From positions 791,451 through 855,450 of the forward strand of contig CAWHVC010000003.1 of assembly GCA_963832745.1 (NCBI GenBank): 64,000 bases of DNA. Direction: 5' to 3'. Origin of the DNA: Candidatus Bathyarchaeota archaeon (GTDB lineage Archaea; Thermoproteota; Bathyarchaeia; Bathyarchaeales; Bathycorpusculaceae). Of this stretch, positions 20,163 to 30,691 are shown piece by piece. Every line of letters starts with the position of its first letter. The stretch's first letter is position 1. A program made the translations under genes and the position numbers. The notes under the pieces were generated by a model. It made no database searches and was not told the origin of the DNA. It saw only the letters and a list, made by a program, of their open reading frames with translations.

Positions 20163-20715
20163 ACCAAAAATTGTCGTGCTAAGATGGGGACACCGTATCC
20201 ACCGCGACAGCCGTCTAACCACGCACTGCGCGTTAACAGCCCGTGCCCTGTGCGCTTCAGGCTTCATACTCGCCGACATTGAAGACAAATCCATCGAAAA
20301 AACCGTCAAAGGCATCACACAGCATTGGGGAGGAGACTTCACCTTCGAAATGGGAACCAGCTGGCGCAGCGTCGTCAGAGATTGGAAAGCACAAGGCGGC
20401 ATAGTAGTACATTTAACTGCTTACGGCGAAAACTTGCAAACAAGCAACGCCATAAATCGCATACGCGAAACGGGAAAAAACATTCTGCTTTTGGTAGGTA
20501 GCCAAAAAGTCCCCGGCGAATTCTACAGCACAGAAGTTTCTGACTTTAACATTGGCGTTGGCAATCAACCGCACAGTGAATGCAGCGCTTTGGCAATTTT
20601 TTTGGACCGCTTCTTTGAAGGCAAAGAATTAACGGTAGATTTTGAAAAAGCTAAAATGAAAATTGTTCCTCAAGAGCATGGCAAAAACGTCTCGTCGATG
20701 GAAGAAAAATCGTGA
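20152..20715 (+). CDS. trm56: tRNA (cytidine(56)-2'-O)-methyltransferase
   Basis: VLRWGHRIHRDSRLTTHCALTARA, VHLTAYG, VGSQKVP, NQPHSE. Confidence 0.95.
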   Translation: MANKPKIVVLRWGHRIHRDSRLTTHCALTARALCASGFILADIEDKSIEKTVKGITQHWGGDFTFEMGTSWRSVVRDWKAQGGIVVHLTAYGENLQTSNAINRIRETGKNILLLVGSQKVPGEFYSTEVSDFNIGVGNQPHSECSALAIFLDRFFEGKELTVDFEKAKMKIVPQEHGKNVSSMEEKS

Positions 20716-20775
20716 ATCTTGTGCGAATAGTTTTATGTATGAATGTGCCATAATTATAGGTATTAACAAGGAAAA

Positions 20776-21294
20776 TTGAGTATGTTGTCAACTATTGATG
20801 ATGCAACTTTAATGAAGGTGGCTTCTGCGTTGGGTGAGGAAGAAGCCGTCAGACTTATTGAGCATTTAAAAGGCGTAGACGAAATAACGGATGATGAAAT
20901 AGCCAACAAAACCGGTATCCGCCTAAACAGTGTCCGCAAAATCCTCTACAAACTCTATGACCACTCCTTGGTTAGCTTACGCAGAACACGCGACCCCAAA
21001 ACAGGCTGGTTCATCTTCCACTGGAAACTTCAGCCAGACCAACTGGAAGGCTTCATCTTAAGCCAAAAACGCAGAGTACTTGAAAAACTCAACGTACGCC
21101 TTGAATACGAGAAAAATCATGACTTTTACTTCTGCAACAGTGTAGGATGTAAACGGGTACCTTTTGAAGAAGCCGTAGAACTTGTATTCCACTGCAGCAC
21201 ATGCGGTCAACCCTTAGTGCATTTTGGAAACGAGCAAATGATCTGCAAGCTTTCAGAAAAAGTGGAGATTCTAAGGAAGGAACTCGGTGAATAA
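20776..21294 (+). CDS. tfe: transcription factor E
   Basis: TDDEIANKTG...VRKILYKLY, RDPKTGWFIFHW, CNSVGC...CSTCG Zn ribbon. Confidence 0.95.
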   Translation: MSMLSTIDDATLMKVASALGEEEAVRLIEHLKGVDEITDDEIANKTGIRLNSVRKILYKLYDHSLVSLRRTRDPKTGWFIFHWKLQPDQLEGFILSQKRRVLEKLNVRLEYEKNHDFYFCNSVGCKRVPFEEAVELVFHCSTCGQPLVHFGNEQMICKLSEKVEILRKELGE

Positions 21295-21814
21295 GCCGCT
21301 TCCCACAAGGGAGCAAGCCATCGAGATTCTGCAAAGAAACGGATGTCACCCCAAAGTAATTGCGCACTGTCAGGCAGTAGCTTCGTTGGCTCTTGAATTG
21401 GCAGAGAGGTTCAAAGCAAAAAATTTTACTGTAGATTTAAGGCTAGTTGAAGCTGGTGCACTTTTGCATGATCTTGGACGCTCCAAAACCCACAGCGTTA
21501 ACCACGCAGTTGAAGGCATGAAACTAGCTCAAGCAGAAGGTTTACCAGAAGAAGTAATATGCATCATCAAACGGCATGTTGGCGCCGGTATCACAGCGGA
21601 AGAAGCAGAATGGCTCGGCTGGCCCAAAGACAATTACATTCCAGAGTCACTGGAAGAAAAAATTGTCTGTTACGCAGACAAATGCATCGGCAGCGACGAA
21701 CGCATCCCAGTGGAAGCAACAATTAAGCAGTTGCATGACCAGAAGCTTTATGACGCTGCCGAAAGAGTTAGAAAACTCCATATAGAAATAACCAGTTATC
21801 TTGAGGCACAATAA
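21287..21814 (+). CDS. HDIG/TIGR00295 family HD-domain protein
   Basis: VIAHC, ALLHDLGRSKTH, IKRHVGAG, EEKIVCYADK. Confidence 0.9.
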   Translation: MNKPLPTREQAIEILQRNGCHPKVIAHCQAVASLALELAERFKAKNFTVDLRLVEAGALLHDLGRSKTHSVNHAVEGMKLAQAEGLPEEVICIIKRHVGAGITAEEAEWLGWPKDNYIPESLEEKIVCYADKCIGSDERIPVEATIKQLHDQKLYDAAERVRKLHIEITSYLEAQ

Positions 21815-21815
21815 T

Positions 21816-22577
21816 TTGACCATTTTAACCTTATTTACCAAAGTGCATAATCAGGGGCAAATAAAACAGATTCAAGTTTCCCTGCAGGCGGCTTTTGAAG
21901 ATTTAGACGTGCAAGTCCAAGTTTTAGGCGCCCCAGTTAATCGGTGGGTAAAAGTTGAAGTCACCGGCGAAGACGAAGGCGTAGCCAAAAGCTACATAAC
22001 CAAACAAATAGGAGTTTGCCCAAACAGCATCAACGACGTCACGGAAGGCTCAGAGCTTAAAGGTTACATTCAAAAAATGGATACTCCCGAAACGTTAACA
22101 GTTGATGTTGGCATTTTGGAACCAAAAATAATCAATGCCACCATTCCGCTATCTACCCTGCAGACACAATTGCTTGCTGGCAGAGAAGTACCGTTGAAAA
22201 AAATTGCGGAACTTTTCGCGCTTAACGCTGATTTGCCGGTAAGTATCAAAATCAAGGAGTTGCATGTTGCAGAGGGCAAGATTGATGCGGAGTTATCGGC
22301 GGTTCAGGTTGAGAAGTTTAAGAATTGGCAGGATTCTTTTTTGGACCGGCTCATAATTTTAGGTACAACAAGTGAGGATGTCACTGTGACGCTTGAGCGT
22401 ACAAGGTTAAATCGTGACGTTATCGACACTGAGGCGTTAGGGTTGTTTGAGCATGTGCTTACTTGTAAGTTGGGTACGGATGCTGCTGGGCTTATCTCCA
22501 AGATTGGTCGTTATATGCGTAATGCCCGGTTTGTGGTGTTTAATCCTAAGAGGATTGCGGGTTTTTTGGATGAATAA
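21816..22577 (+). CDS. DUF2110 family protein
   Basis: VEVTGEDE, VDVGI, ALGLFEHVLTCKLGTDAAGLI; usual tfe-HD neighbourhood; TTG after GAGG. Confidence 0.8.
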   Translation: MTILTLFTKVHNQGQIKQIQVSLQAAFEDLDVQVQVLGAPVNRWVKVEVTGEDEGVAKSYITKQIGVCPNSINDVTEGSELKGYIQKMDTPETLTVDVGILEPKIINATIPLSTLQTQLLAGREVPLKKIAELFALNADLPVSIKIKELHVAEGKIDAELSAVQVEKFKNWQDSFLDRLIILGTTSEDVTVTLERTRLNRDVIDTEALGLFEHVLTCKLGTDAAGLISKIGRYMRNARFVVFNPKRIAGFLDE

Positions 22578-22659
22578 GCATTAACCTTATATTTGGTAAT
22601 AGATAGTTAAACATTTTATTACCAAAAATTTGGTCATAGAAGAGAGGGGGAAAATAGTT

Positions 22660-22827
22660 ACGAGCCAAAATCAACCCGAAGAGGGCAGAGGAAAAAAATA
22701 CCGTATAGACATTGGAGCATACGGCAGCATAGGAATTGAAGCTCCAACCAAAGAAGAATGCCTAGAACTTTTTAAAGAAGTAACAAGAACACGCCGCGAT
22801 TCAAGAATCGACGAAGCAATCAGATAA
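22660..22827 (+). CDS. small hypothetical protein (ACG at 22660 or TTG at 22630)
   Basis: GAGGGGG 9 nt before ACG AGC CAA; YRIDIGAYGSIGIEAPTKEECLELF; T-run downstream. Confidence 0.6.
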   Translation, partial: TSQNQPEEGRGKKYRIDIGAYGSIGIEAPTKEECLELFKEVTRTRRDSRIDEAIR

Positions 22828-22885
22828 GCAATTTTTACGGCACCTTCCATTTTTCAAAAAAAAAGAAAAGAGAAATTTTTTGGTT

Positions 22886-23317
22886 CTAACTTTTGATAGG
22901 TACCCTGCGGTACAAAACAACGCCTACAACACTACCTAACCCGGTACCCAAGACCGCCATAATACCCAAAACAACCCAAATTTCATCATCACCTGATTCT
23001 ACTTGTGCAGAGACAAGGTTTGTTTCACCTGCACCGGGAACTAAAGTGTCACCTGCTTCGATTGTAGAGTTTTGGTTTTGAGCAGTGTAGGGGATTGCGT
23101 CTCCGGAAGATACCGCTGAATCGGGGCCGGCTGATTCGGGGAGGGGTTCGGGTTGGGATACATCGCGTGGGGAATTAGGCGAGTTACCGGTCACTGATTT
23201 AGAGGGAGGTACGGAGGCGGTGGCGGTTCCTGTATCGGCGTTAGCGATGGAGGCAAAAACGGTGCACACCAGCAGGGTTGCCAGCATTGAGAGCACTATT
23301 AGGTTTTTTGTTTTCAT
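22886..23317 (-). CDS. secreted low-complexity protein with C-terminal TM anchor
   Basis: GGAG-preceded ATG, signal peptide, S/P/T-rich linker, TM then YRR. Confidence 0.7.
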   Translation of the reverse strand: MKTKNLIVLSMLATLLVCTVFASIANADTGTATASVPPSKSVTGNSPNSPRDVSQPEPLPESAGPDSAVSSGDAIPYTAQNQNSTIEAGDTLVPGAGETNLVSAQVESGDDEIWVVLGIMAVLGTGLGSVVGVVLYRRVPIKS

Positions 23318-23517
23318 AGTTTTTCTCCAAATTTTTGCAATCATAGAGTTAGAAGGCTGGGTTATTTACAGCCAAGCCTTAGAACCAACCGTCCAAAAAA
23401 TAGAACCATAAAAGTCAGCAAACGAAACTGCCCAAATCAAGTTGTTTAAAGACAAATGCCTTGTTACCGAAAAGTTAAAACAATTATTGCTTCAAAGAGA
23501 CTTTTTGGGAGACAATA

Positions 23518-25206
23518 TTGAAGGACAAGGTTGTAACTTTATTGTTAGTTACTCTTTTAGCTTGCTTGCTATATCCAAGTTTTTCAAACAATCTGAAAAC
23601 AGTGACGGGTGATACTTCAAGTGTCAACACTGATTCCTGGCCTATGTTCCAAAAAGATTTGGCGCATTCAGGATACTCCACAACTTGGGGTCCCCAAACA
23701 AACAATGTTCTATGGACCACTTCGGTGGGTGAAATTGAATCTTCCCCTGCTATAGTTAACGGCGTTGTCTATGTTGGCTCTTATTCAGGGTTTGTTTATG
23801 CGTTAAATGCGTCTTCGGGAGCAATAATTTGGAGTTACGCAGCGAATGAGAATACAGAGTCATCTCCAACGGTTGTAGATAACGTCGTTTACATAGGAGC
23901 AGGAAATTATTCTGCAACTCGAGACAACGGGCACGTTTATGCCTTACAAGCGACTACAGGAGAAAAGCTGTGGAGTTACCAAACAGGCGGTACAGTTGAG
24001 TCTTCTCCTGCAGTAGCGTACGGCAAGGTTTACGTAGGATGCGGTGACGGGAACGTTTACGCTTTTGATGCTGCTACGGGCAACGTTATTTGGAGCTATA
24101 AAACAGATGCAACTATTTTGAAGTCTTCACCCGCTGTAGTCGAAGGAGTAGTTTACATATGCTCAATTGAATATCTTTATGCTTTAAACGCAACCAACGG
24201 CATGAAGCTCTGGAGTCAAACCGGTGACTGGAGAATTCTTTCATCATCCCCTATGGTTACAAATAACATTGTTTACCTAAGCGCTGACGGCGTTTATGCT
24301 TTTGACTCAAAAACCGGTGAATTACTATGGCATCAAATATCTGACAGATATCCAAATTCCTCAGAATCCACTCCTGCTTTAGCCGATGGTGTTATTTATG
24401 TTGGAACCACAGAGGGTAATGTTTTGGCTTTAAACGCTTCGGATGGCTCGAAACTTTGGGCTTTTCCCACAGAGAGCACTGTTGCTGCTTCACCTGCAGT
24501 TGTCCGGGGAGTAGTTTATGTTATTTCATGCAATGGCACCTTTTACGCGTTGAACGCCTATAACGGAACTAACCTATGGAGTTATTCAATAAGTGATATA
24601 CAGTCAGGGGTTTTATCATCTGTTGCAGTAGTCGACGGCATAGCTTACGTAGGCTCAAATAGCGGACTGTACGCTTTTGGTGATTTATCCTACACTCCAC
24701 CTGAGCAATCCACTAATTCAACTTGGACCTTACCAGTCACAACACAAAACGGTACAACAATAAATCTCACAATGAGCGGAAACATAACAATTGAGCAAAT
24801 GTCCAACGTTACAATATCTATGGACATACCCTCTTTAACAGCAAACATCTCTTTCGCGTTAACAGGCGAAAACGGCACCACAGGGTTTAGTAACATAACA
24901 TTACCGAGAAATGAAATTCCAGGGGGAACAACACCCCTTGTCTACATAGACAACTCGCCAGCCGATAATCAAGGATTCACTCAAGACAATAACAACTATT
25001 ACGTATGGTACACAACCCACTTTAGCACACATCAAATATCCATATTATTTGCTTCACCAACTTCTCCGACGGGGGATAATCAATCTACAACGCAACCAAG
25101 CTGGGTTCAAATTATCTATGGAGTAGCAGTTGGAGTAGCCATTGCAGCAGTTATCATTATCGCACTTGCACTATTAATGAGGGACAAAACTAAAGTCCAG
25201 AAGTAA
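23518..25206 (+). CDS. PQQ-like beta-propeller repeat surface protein
   Basis: WPMFQKDLAHSG, ~8 SSPAV..GVVYVG..VYALNA..G...WSY repeats, C-terminal TM. Confidence 0.9.
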   Translation: MKDKVVTLLLVTLLACLLYPSFSNNLKTVTGDTSSVNTDSWPMFQKDLAHSGYSTTWGPQTNNVLWTTSVGEIESSPAIVNGVVYVGSYSGFVYALNASSGAIIWSYAANENTESSPTVVDNVVYIGAGNYSATRDNGHVYALQATTGEKLWSYQTGGTVESSPAVAYGKVYVGCGDGNVYAFDAATGNVIWSYKTDATILKSSPAVVEGVVYICSIEYLYALNATNGMKLWSQTGDWRILSSSPMVTNNIVYLSADGVYAFDSKTGELLWHQISDRYPNSSESTPALADGVIYVGTTEGNVLALNASDGSKLWAFPTESTVAASPAVVRGVVYVISCNGTFYALNAYNGTNLWSYSISDIQSGVLSSVAVVDGIAYVGSNSGLYAFGDLSYTPPEQSTNSTWTLPVTTQNGTTINLTMSGNITIEQMSNVTISMDIPSLTANISFALTGENGTTGFSNITLPRNEIPGGTTPLVYIDNSPADNQGFTQDNNNYYVWYTTHFSTHQISILFASPTSPTGDNQSTTQPSWVQIIYGVAVGVAIAAVIIIALALLMRDKTKVQK

Positions 25207-25244
25207 GGTTGTATTTTTCCAAGCTTTAATCGCTACTAAGAGTT

Positions 25245-25322
25245 TGGTGGGCCGAGCCGGATTCGGACCGGCGACCTTTGGCTCGTAAAGCCAACGTCCT
25301 AACCAGGCTAGACGATCGGCCC
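25245..25322 (-). tRNA. tRNA-Val(TAC), CCA encoded, atypical T-loop
   Basis: GGGCCGA/TCGGCCC acceptor, TTGGC-TTTACGA-GCCAA anticodon arm, GCCGG-TCCGAAT-CCGGC T arm, ACCA end. Confidence 0.93.
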
Positions 25323-25480
25323 ACATTTACCTGTTGCCGTTTGATTAAGACAACGTTTTTGTTTTTAAGGTTGTCTGTAGGATTGTTTGGATACAGATAT
25401 AAATTCGTATTTGTATAGGTCAAACAAAACCTGCACGAACCACAAGCGTCAGGTAAATTGATGGTTAAAGGTGAATCTGG

Positions 25481-26558
25481 TTGGCGAAACGAATTCTTTG
25501 TACTGGTGCCGGCGGTCCAGCAGGCATAAACTTTGTAAAATCCCTAACAGTAGCCCCCGAAAAACTTCATATCGTAGGAACAGAAGCCAGTGAATATTAT
25601 CTACACACAATGCCTGCTGACACCAAATATTTAGTGCCAAGAGCAAAAGACCCCAGCTACATAGACCGCTTAAACGAGATAATTCGTAAAGAAAAAATCG
25701 ATTTTCTGCACGCCCAACCAGATGTTGAAGTCGAAGTGGTTTCTGAGCAAAGAGAAAAACTGGAAGCCCCCGTGTTCTTGCCATCAAAACAAGCCGTGGC
25801 AGCCTGCCAAGACAAACTCGCTTCTGCTAACGCTTGGAAAAACAAGGGCATACCAGTTGCCAAAACCATCGTTATTAAACAGGAAGCTGATATTGATCGT
25901 GCGTTTGCAGAGTTTGGTTCACCAATCTGGATACGTGCTACACGTGGCGCAGGCGGAAGGGGAAGCACACCCGCAAGCAACCGTGAAACAGCCGTTTCCT
26001 GGATAAACTATTGGCGAGCCCGCAATGTTGACTGGGAATTTATCGCCCAAGAAATGCTGCCAGGCCGAAACATCGCTTTCCACAGTTTATGGCAAAACGG
26101 GGAACTCGTCACTTCCATGGCACGTGAACGCCTCGAGTACATTTACTCTTATCTGGCACCGTCAGGCATCATGGGAACACCAGCCGTGCAAAAAACGGTG
26201 CATGAGAACACAGTTAACAAAATCAGCACCGAAGCCGTCCTCGCCATTGACCCCAACTTTACCGGCATTGCAAGCGTAGACCTAAAAGAGAACGCTAAAG
26301 GCGTGCCTTGTGTAACCGAAATCAACCCAGGACGCATGTTCACCACCTCGTTCTTCTTCAGTTACGCCAGCAAAGTCCTTCTTCAACGATTACCGCATCA
26401 ACATCCCCTACCTCTACACCAAACTCGCCTACAAAGAAGCCTTGCCAAAACTGGAAAAATACAATCCGCTCCCCGCCGACGTTTACTGGATACGTCACAT
26501 GGACGCTCCAGCCCGCCTCGTAAAGGACAATAAAGTGTTGGGAGCAATGTATCAGTAA
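25481..26558 (+). CDS. ATP-grasp carboxylate-amine ligase (1-bp frameshift near 26380)
   Basis: TGAGGPAG, CQDK, GAGGRGS, QEMLPG, VTEINPGR; shifted frame NIPYLYTKL...YWIRHMD ends at TAA 26556-26558 abutting next ATG. Confidence 0.8.
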
Positions 26559-27053
26559 ATGATTCGAGCCGTCGTTTTTGATTTAGACGGAACCCTTCTG
26601 GATTTACCCATCGATTACCCTCGTATGTTTGAGGAGTTCAAGCAGTTAATGGGTGTTGATGAGGTTCGGCCTATTTTGAAAACGGTGGCACAAATCAAAG
26701 ACCCCAAAGTGTTACAGCAGGTTTTTGATTGCTGGACTGGTTTTGAAGCGGAAATAATCGACAAAACCACCGTGCATGAGGAAGGCATGCAGCTTTACCG
26801 CCAACACGCCAGCTTGCTAAAAGCGCTGGTGACGATGCAAGGAAAAGAAACCCTCCGCAAAATCTGTCAAAAGTTTGACCTGCAGTTTGATGCTGTTTTT
26901 ACTCGTGAGGATTCTTTTAGTCGAGCAGAACAGCTGAAGATGGCAATTGCAAAGCTTGGCTTCAACCCGACAGACGTGTTGTTTGTCGGCAACATGGACA
27001 ACGACGAGGCTGCAGCTAAACAAGTAGGTTGCCAATTCACCCGCGTAAAATAA
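26559..27053 (+). CDS. HAD family hydrolase
   Basis: FDLDGTL motif I, LFVGNMDND motif IV. Confidence 0.88.
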   Translation: MIRAVVFDLDGTLLDLPIDYPRMFEEFKQLMGVDEVRPILKTVAQIKDPKVLQQVFDCWTGFEAEIIDKTTVHEEGMQLYRQHASLLKALVTMQGKETLRKICQKFDLQFDAVFTREDSFSRAEQLKMAIAKLGFNPTDVLFVGNMDNDEAAAKQVGCQFTRVK

Positions 27054-27057
27054 TAGG

Positions 27058-27455
27058 CTATTGGGGAATAACAGCGGTTGCGTCGATTTCAAGCAGCCAT
27101 TCAGGATTACCTAAACCAGCTACAAAGACCACTGTTATAGCTGGAAGATTCTGGCTTGCCCATTTCTGTTGAAAAACCATAAAACCTTCAGCAGGGTTTT
27201 GTCCTACAAGAATGTAAATGTTGAATTTGACTACGTTTTCAAGTTTGCCGCCGGCCTTTTGCAGGATTTTTTCAATGTTGGATAAAACCTGTTCTGTTTG
27301 TTCTCGTAGGTTACCTTTGCCGATCAGTTCGCCAGTCTGGTTTATGGCGTTTTGTCCGCCTATGTAAACGGTTTTGTGGTTGCCGCTGACGCTAATGGCG
27401 TGTGAGTATCCTTTGGTGCCGCCATGGTTTCAGGGTTAATGGGTTCTATTGGCAT
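27058..27455 (-). pseudogene. RidA family protein with two 1-bp frameshifts (possibly sequencing errors)
   Basis: Joined frames: MPIEPINPETMAAP/GYSHAISVSG..TVYIGGQ..EQTEQVLSNIEKIL../LPAITVVFVAGLGNPEWLLEIDATA. Confidence 0.8.
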
Positions 27456-27550
27456 TTTGGAGCCTCTTGACTGTTTTCAAAACACGGACTATTAACTTTT
27501 GGGAAGACGCAAAAATAAGCTTAATCATTGAATAACGCGCTTCAACGATT

Positions 27551-28270
27551 TTATTTTTCTTTTTTCCGCTTTAATTTTGGATTGGCACTCATCAGTTTAA
27601 ACGTGAAATATTCCCAACCGCGTTCATTTTTTACGCTTTTTAGAATCTGTTCTCTCTTGAACCCGTTTTTTCTTATCAACCGTTTAAAGTACGCTAAATC
27701 TCCAGAAGTTCCAAAAAACATTAACACTCGCCCATCGATAGTCAAGTAATCTCTCACTTTTGCAAGAAAATTTTGCAGAGTCACGTACCCTTCATCGGCC
27801 GAACATATCTCCCAAACATCACGCGGTTTAGTCCATCTAAACGGCGGATCAAAAATCACCAAATCAAATTTGCCCTCAACATTCTCAAACAAGTTGCTTT
27901 CAAGCACTTTCACCCTCGAAGACAAACCGTTCAATTCAACATTCCTCCTGGCGCAATCCACTGCGAAAGGATTCAAATCAACTGCAGTAACATCTTGCGA
28001 TTTAGAAGCAGCAAAAATAGCTTGAACACCACTACCCGTACCCATGTCTAAAATTCTGTCGGTCTCCTTAACTTCCATTAGAACGGTTTGAGCAAGCAAG
28101 TTCCATTTCCAATCAGTCGGAGGCAAGAAAACGTTTTGGGGCACTACTAATTTTATTCCATGAAGTTCAACCGAAGTATCACCAGTTCTTAGATGCTCTT
28201 GATAACATCTATCCTGATGTGCAATCCGTCGTTTCTTATCTTCTTCTGATAACGTTGAGTCATAAGTCAT
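27551..28270 (-). CDS. class I SAM methyltransferase (HemK-like)
   Basis: ILDMGTGSG, AVDLNP, FDLVIFDPPF. Confidence 0.88.
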   Translation of the reverse strand: MTYDSTLSEEDKKRRIAHQDRCYQEHLRTGDTSVELHGIKLVVPQNVFLPPTDWKWNLLAQTVLMEVKETDRILDMGTGSGVQAIFAASKSQDVTAVDLNPFAVDCARRNVELNGLSSRVKVLESNLFENVEGKFDLVIFDPPFRWTKPRDVWEICSADEGYVTLQNFLAKVRDYLTIDGRVLMFFGTSGDLAYFKRLIRKNGFKREQILKSVKNERGWEYFTFKLMSANPKLKRKKEK

Positions 28271-28287
28271 TAACAAAGGCACCTTTC

Positions 28288-28845
28288 TTATTTTTTCCAG
28301 TCTTTTTCAAGGATTGCATAATTAAGTTCATCATGCCATTCCCCTTTGCAGTACATATTCTCTCTAAAATGGCCTTCATATTTCAGTCCAATCTTTTCCA
28401 AAACATGCGCAGACACCAATTTGCTGGGTCGCAGGTGGCAAATATTCGATGCAAATTGAGCTTGTTAAAGCCAAATTCAAGAAGCGCCCGCGCTGTTTCA
28501 GTTGCGTATCCTTGACCCCAAAACTGGCGGTTTAAACAATAACCAATGTACCCTCTCGGTTTTCAATATTCGATAAATATATCGCCGCAAGATCCGATAA
28601 GCCTACTCAGGTCACGAACCACAATAGCTAGCGAATAACGCATCCGAGGTTTCTCACCTGATAGCCAATAGATCTCTGAATAAATCGGTGCGTTTCTTCT
28701 TCCGTATTAGGACCCCAATTCATAAAACGAGCAACCATAGGGTCAGAACCAAACTCATGCACCTCAGCTCAATCGACTCCAAAAATCTCGCAGATCAAGC
28801 GTGCAGTATGAAGAATGAGAGGATTTTGAGAATTTCCTTGTCAAG
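28288..28845 (-). pseudogene. RimJ/RimL-type GNAT acetyltransferase, multiply frameshifted
   Basis: Fragments LHTARLI, RFMNWGPNTEEET, IGYCLNRQFWGQGYATE, LHRIFATCDPAN, LEKIGLKYEGHFRE. Confidence 0.8.
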
Positions 28846-29025
28846 TACCATACGGTGTTAAATACTGACAATAACTAAATAATATTTTCGAGTTTTTCGC
28901 TTGCATAGTATTCAATAAATCAGACAATAACGAAATAGTAGAGTTGAATCATTTGAAGTGTTGTAAAATCGAAGTTTTTAAGAGCTTAACAAGCATTAAT
29001 TCCAAGCAAGGGCACGTATGATACA

Positions 29026-29205
29026 ATGGACAAGTTACCCTACTTGAGTTTGACGGCGACCAGGCAGCATTAATTGAACCTTCTAATTCTAAAGATTGCC
29101 ACCTGTCAGAACACTGCGTTATAGTTTTCTACAACTCGGTCATTCAAAGGCTAAAGCAAGATCAAATGCTTGAAAAAAATTTACGAAATCAAGTCCGTGC
29201 TTCAG
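29026..29205 (+). pseudogene. N-terminal fragment resembling a nucleoside phosphorylase
   Basis: MDKLP/LEFDGDQAALIEPS...EHCVIVFYNSVIQRL; similarity lost after ~60 codons. Confidence 0.45.
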
Positions 29206-29410
29206 ATGACCAGATTTTCAAAGCTGACGAAAAGGTTTCGCGGGTTTTTGAGTACGAAGCTGTTGAGGCGGGCTCGTACGTTCTGGATGCGCATTACCGC
29301 ATCGTGGTTAACGACGTTTCAATTCAATAAAATAGATGACATAATAAAAGTAAGATAAGATAGCGGAAGTCTGCCGCGCAACCCCCCCAACCAATTGTTT
29401 TTAAAAGAAG

Positions 29411-29552
29411 CTCTGCTAACTTTTTTCAGTTTGTGGCAGTTTGCACAACCAGCCTGCAGTTCAAGTTAAGTTTAGAAAGCAATAATCAGCAAGCAGCATG
29501 ACCTGTTGGTTGTTGTGCTAAGGGGGTCTGTGGCAACAACTTCTAAACAAAA
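29411..29552. repeat. dispersed intergenic repeat family B, copy 2 (inverted)
   Basis: Reverse complement TTTTGTTTAGAAGTTGTTGCCACAGACCCCCTTAGCACAACAACC...CTGCAGGCTGGTTGTG...AGCAGAG. Confidence 0.7.
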
Positions 29553-29637
29553 AAACAAGCAGGCAATTTATAGGAAGGCTTAAGAATAAAGCTTAACCAT
29601 GAATTGACAATCGCATTCAACGGGAATTGACACAAAA

Positions 29638-30449
29638 ATGAACGTATGTGTTATTGGTCTTGGACAAATCGGTTTTCCAGTTGCAAAATACATTGCCGCT
29701 AAAGGTTTTGACGTTTACGGTTTTGACATTAACCCAGCCGCGGTTGAACACGGCATCCAAAACGGAAAATTCAAAGCAACCACAGAGTGGAACCAAATCC
29801 CAAAAGCCGACGCTTACATAATCTGTGTCACAACAAGCCAAGTCAACAATCAAGCTGAATTGACTGCGGTTTTTGAGGTCTGCAAAAAAGTTGCTGAAAA
29901 AGCTGACTCAAACACTCTGGTTGCTATTGAAAGCACTATTTTGCCTGGAACTTCAAAAAAGATTTTCCAAGAAATCTTTAATGACAAAGTACAGCTTGTT
30001 CATGCCCCGCACCGTTACTGGGCGGACCAAGAAGACAAATACGGCGTAAACCAAGTTCGTGTAATCGGCGGCGTTAACCAACAAAGCCTTGATGCAGGCA
30101 TGAAATTCTATAAAGACCAACTTGGCATTCCAATGCACACTGTCTCCACGGTTGAAGTTGCGGAAATGTGCAAAATCATCGAAAACAGTCACCGTTACCT
30201 GCAAATCGCTTTTGCAGAAGACCTGAAAATGATGTGCAGCCGTATAGGCATGAACTTTGATGAGTTGCGGGGAGCTATGAATACCAAATGGAACGTTGAT
30301 TTGCCTGAGGCACGCGATGGCATTGGTAGACATTGCTTGCCAAAAGACATACGTTATGTTACTTCTTTGACTCCAAGCATCCTGCTGATGCAGCGATGGA
30401 TGCTGACAAACAGTACCGTGAATGGTTAGCTAAACAGCCAAAGAAGTAG
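29638..30449 (+). CDS. short nucleotide-sugar dehydrogenase (UDP-ManNAc/GDP-Man DH family; frameshift near 30385)
   Basis: VIGLGQIG, IESTILPGT, AEMCKIIENSHR, GIGRHCLPKD; shifted frame ends at TAG 30447-30449. Confidence 0.85.
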
Positions 30450-30691
30450 TGATAAGTGTTTAGTCTTCTTTAGAACAACACCTCTTCTACCCCTTTTGAA
30501 AGCCTTGTTTTTTGCTTCTTTTTTCATTTAGAGCTTGTAACGCTTGCAGGCGGCGTAAAAGAAAGTCGGTAAGCGTCAATAAGCGTCAGCTAAAACCGGT
30601 TCACGGGGCAGTCATGTGTTGACTTTAACAGCCAAGTTTCTGTAAAGATAAACCTTTAATGCCAAACACTTCCTTTCCTACTTTAACACGT

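Noticed and set aside
22886-25244. Island integrated at the tRNA-Val 3' end
   Set aside because: Accessory genes are present but no duplicated tRNA end or integrase was found
30570-30588. Tandem TAAGCGTCA repeat
   Set aside because: Two 9-mers only, no other support
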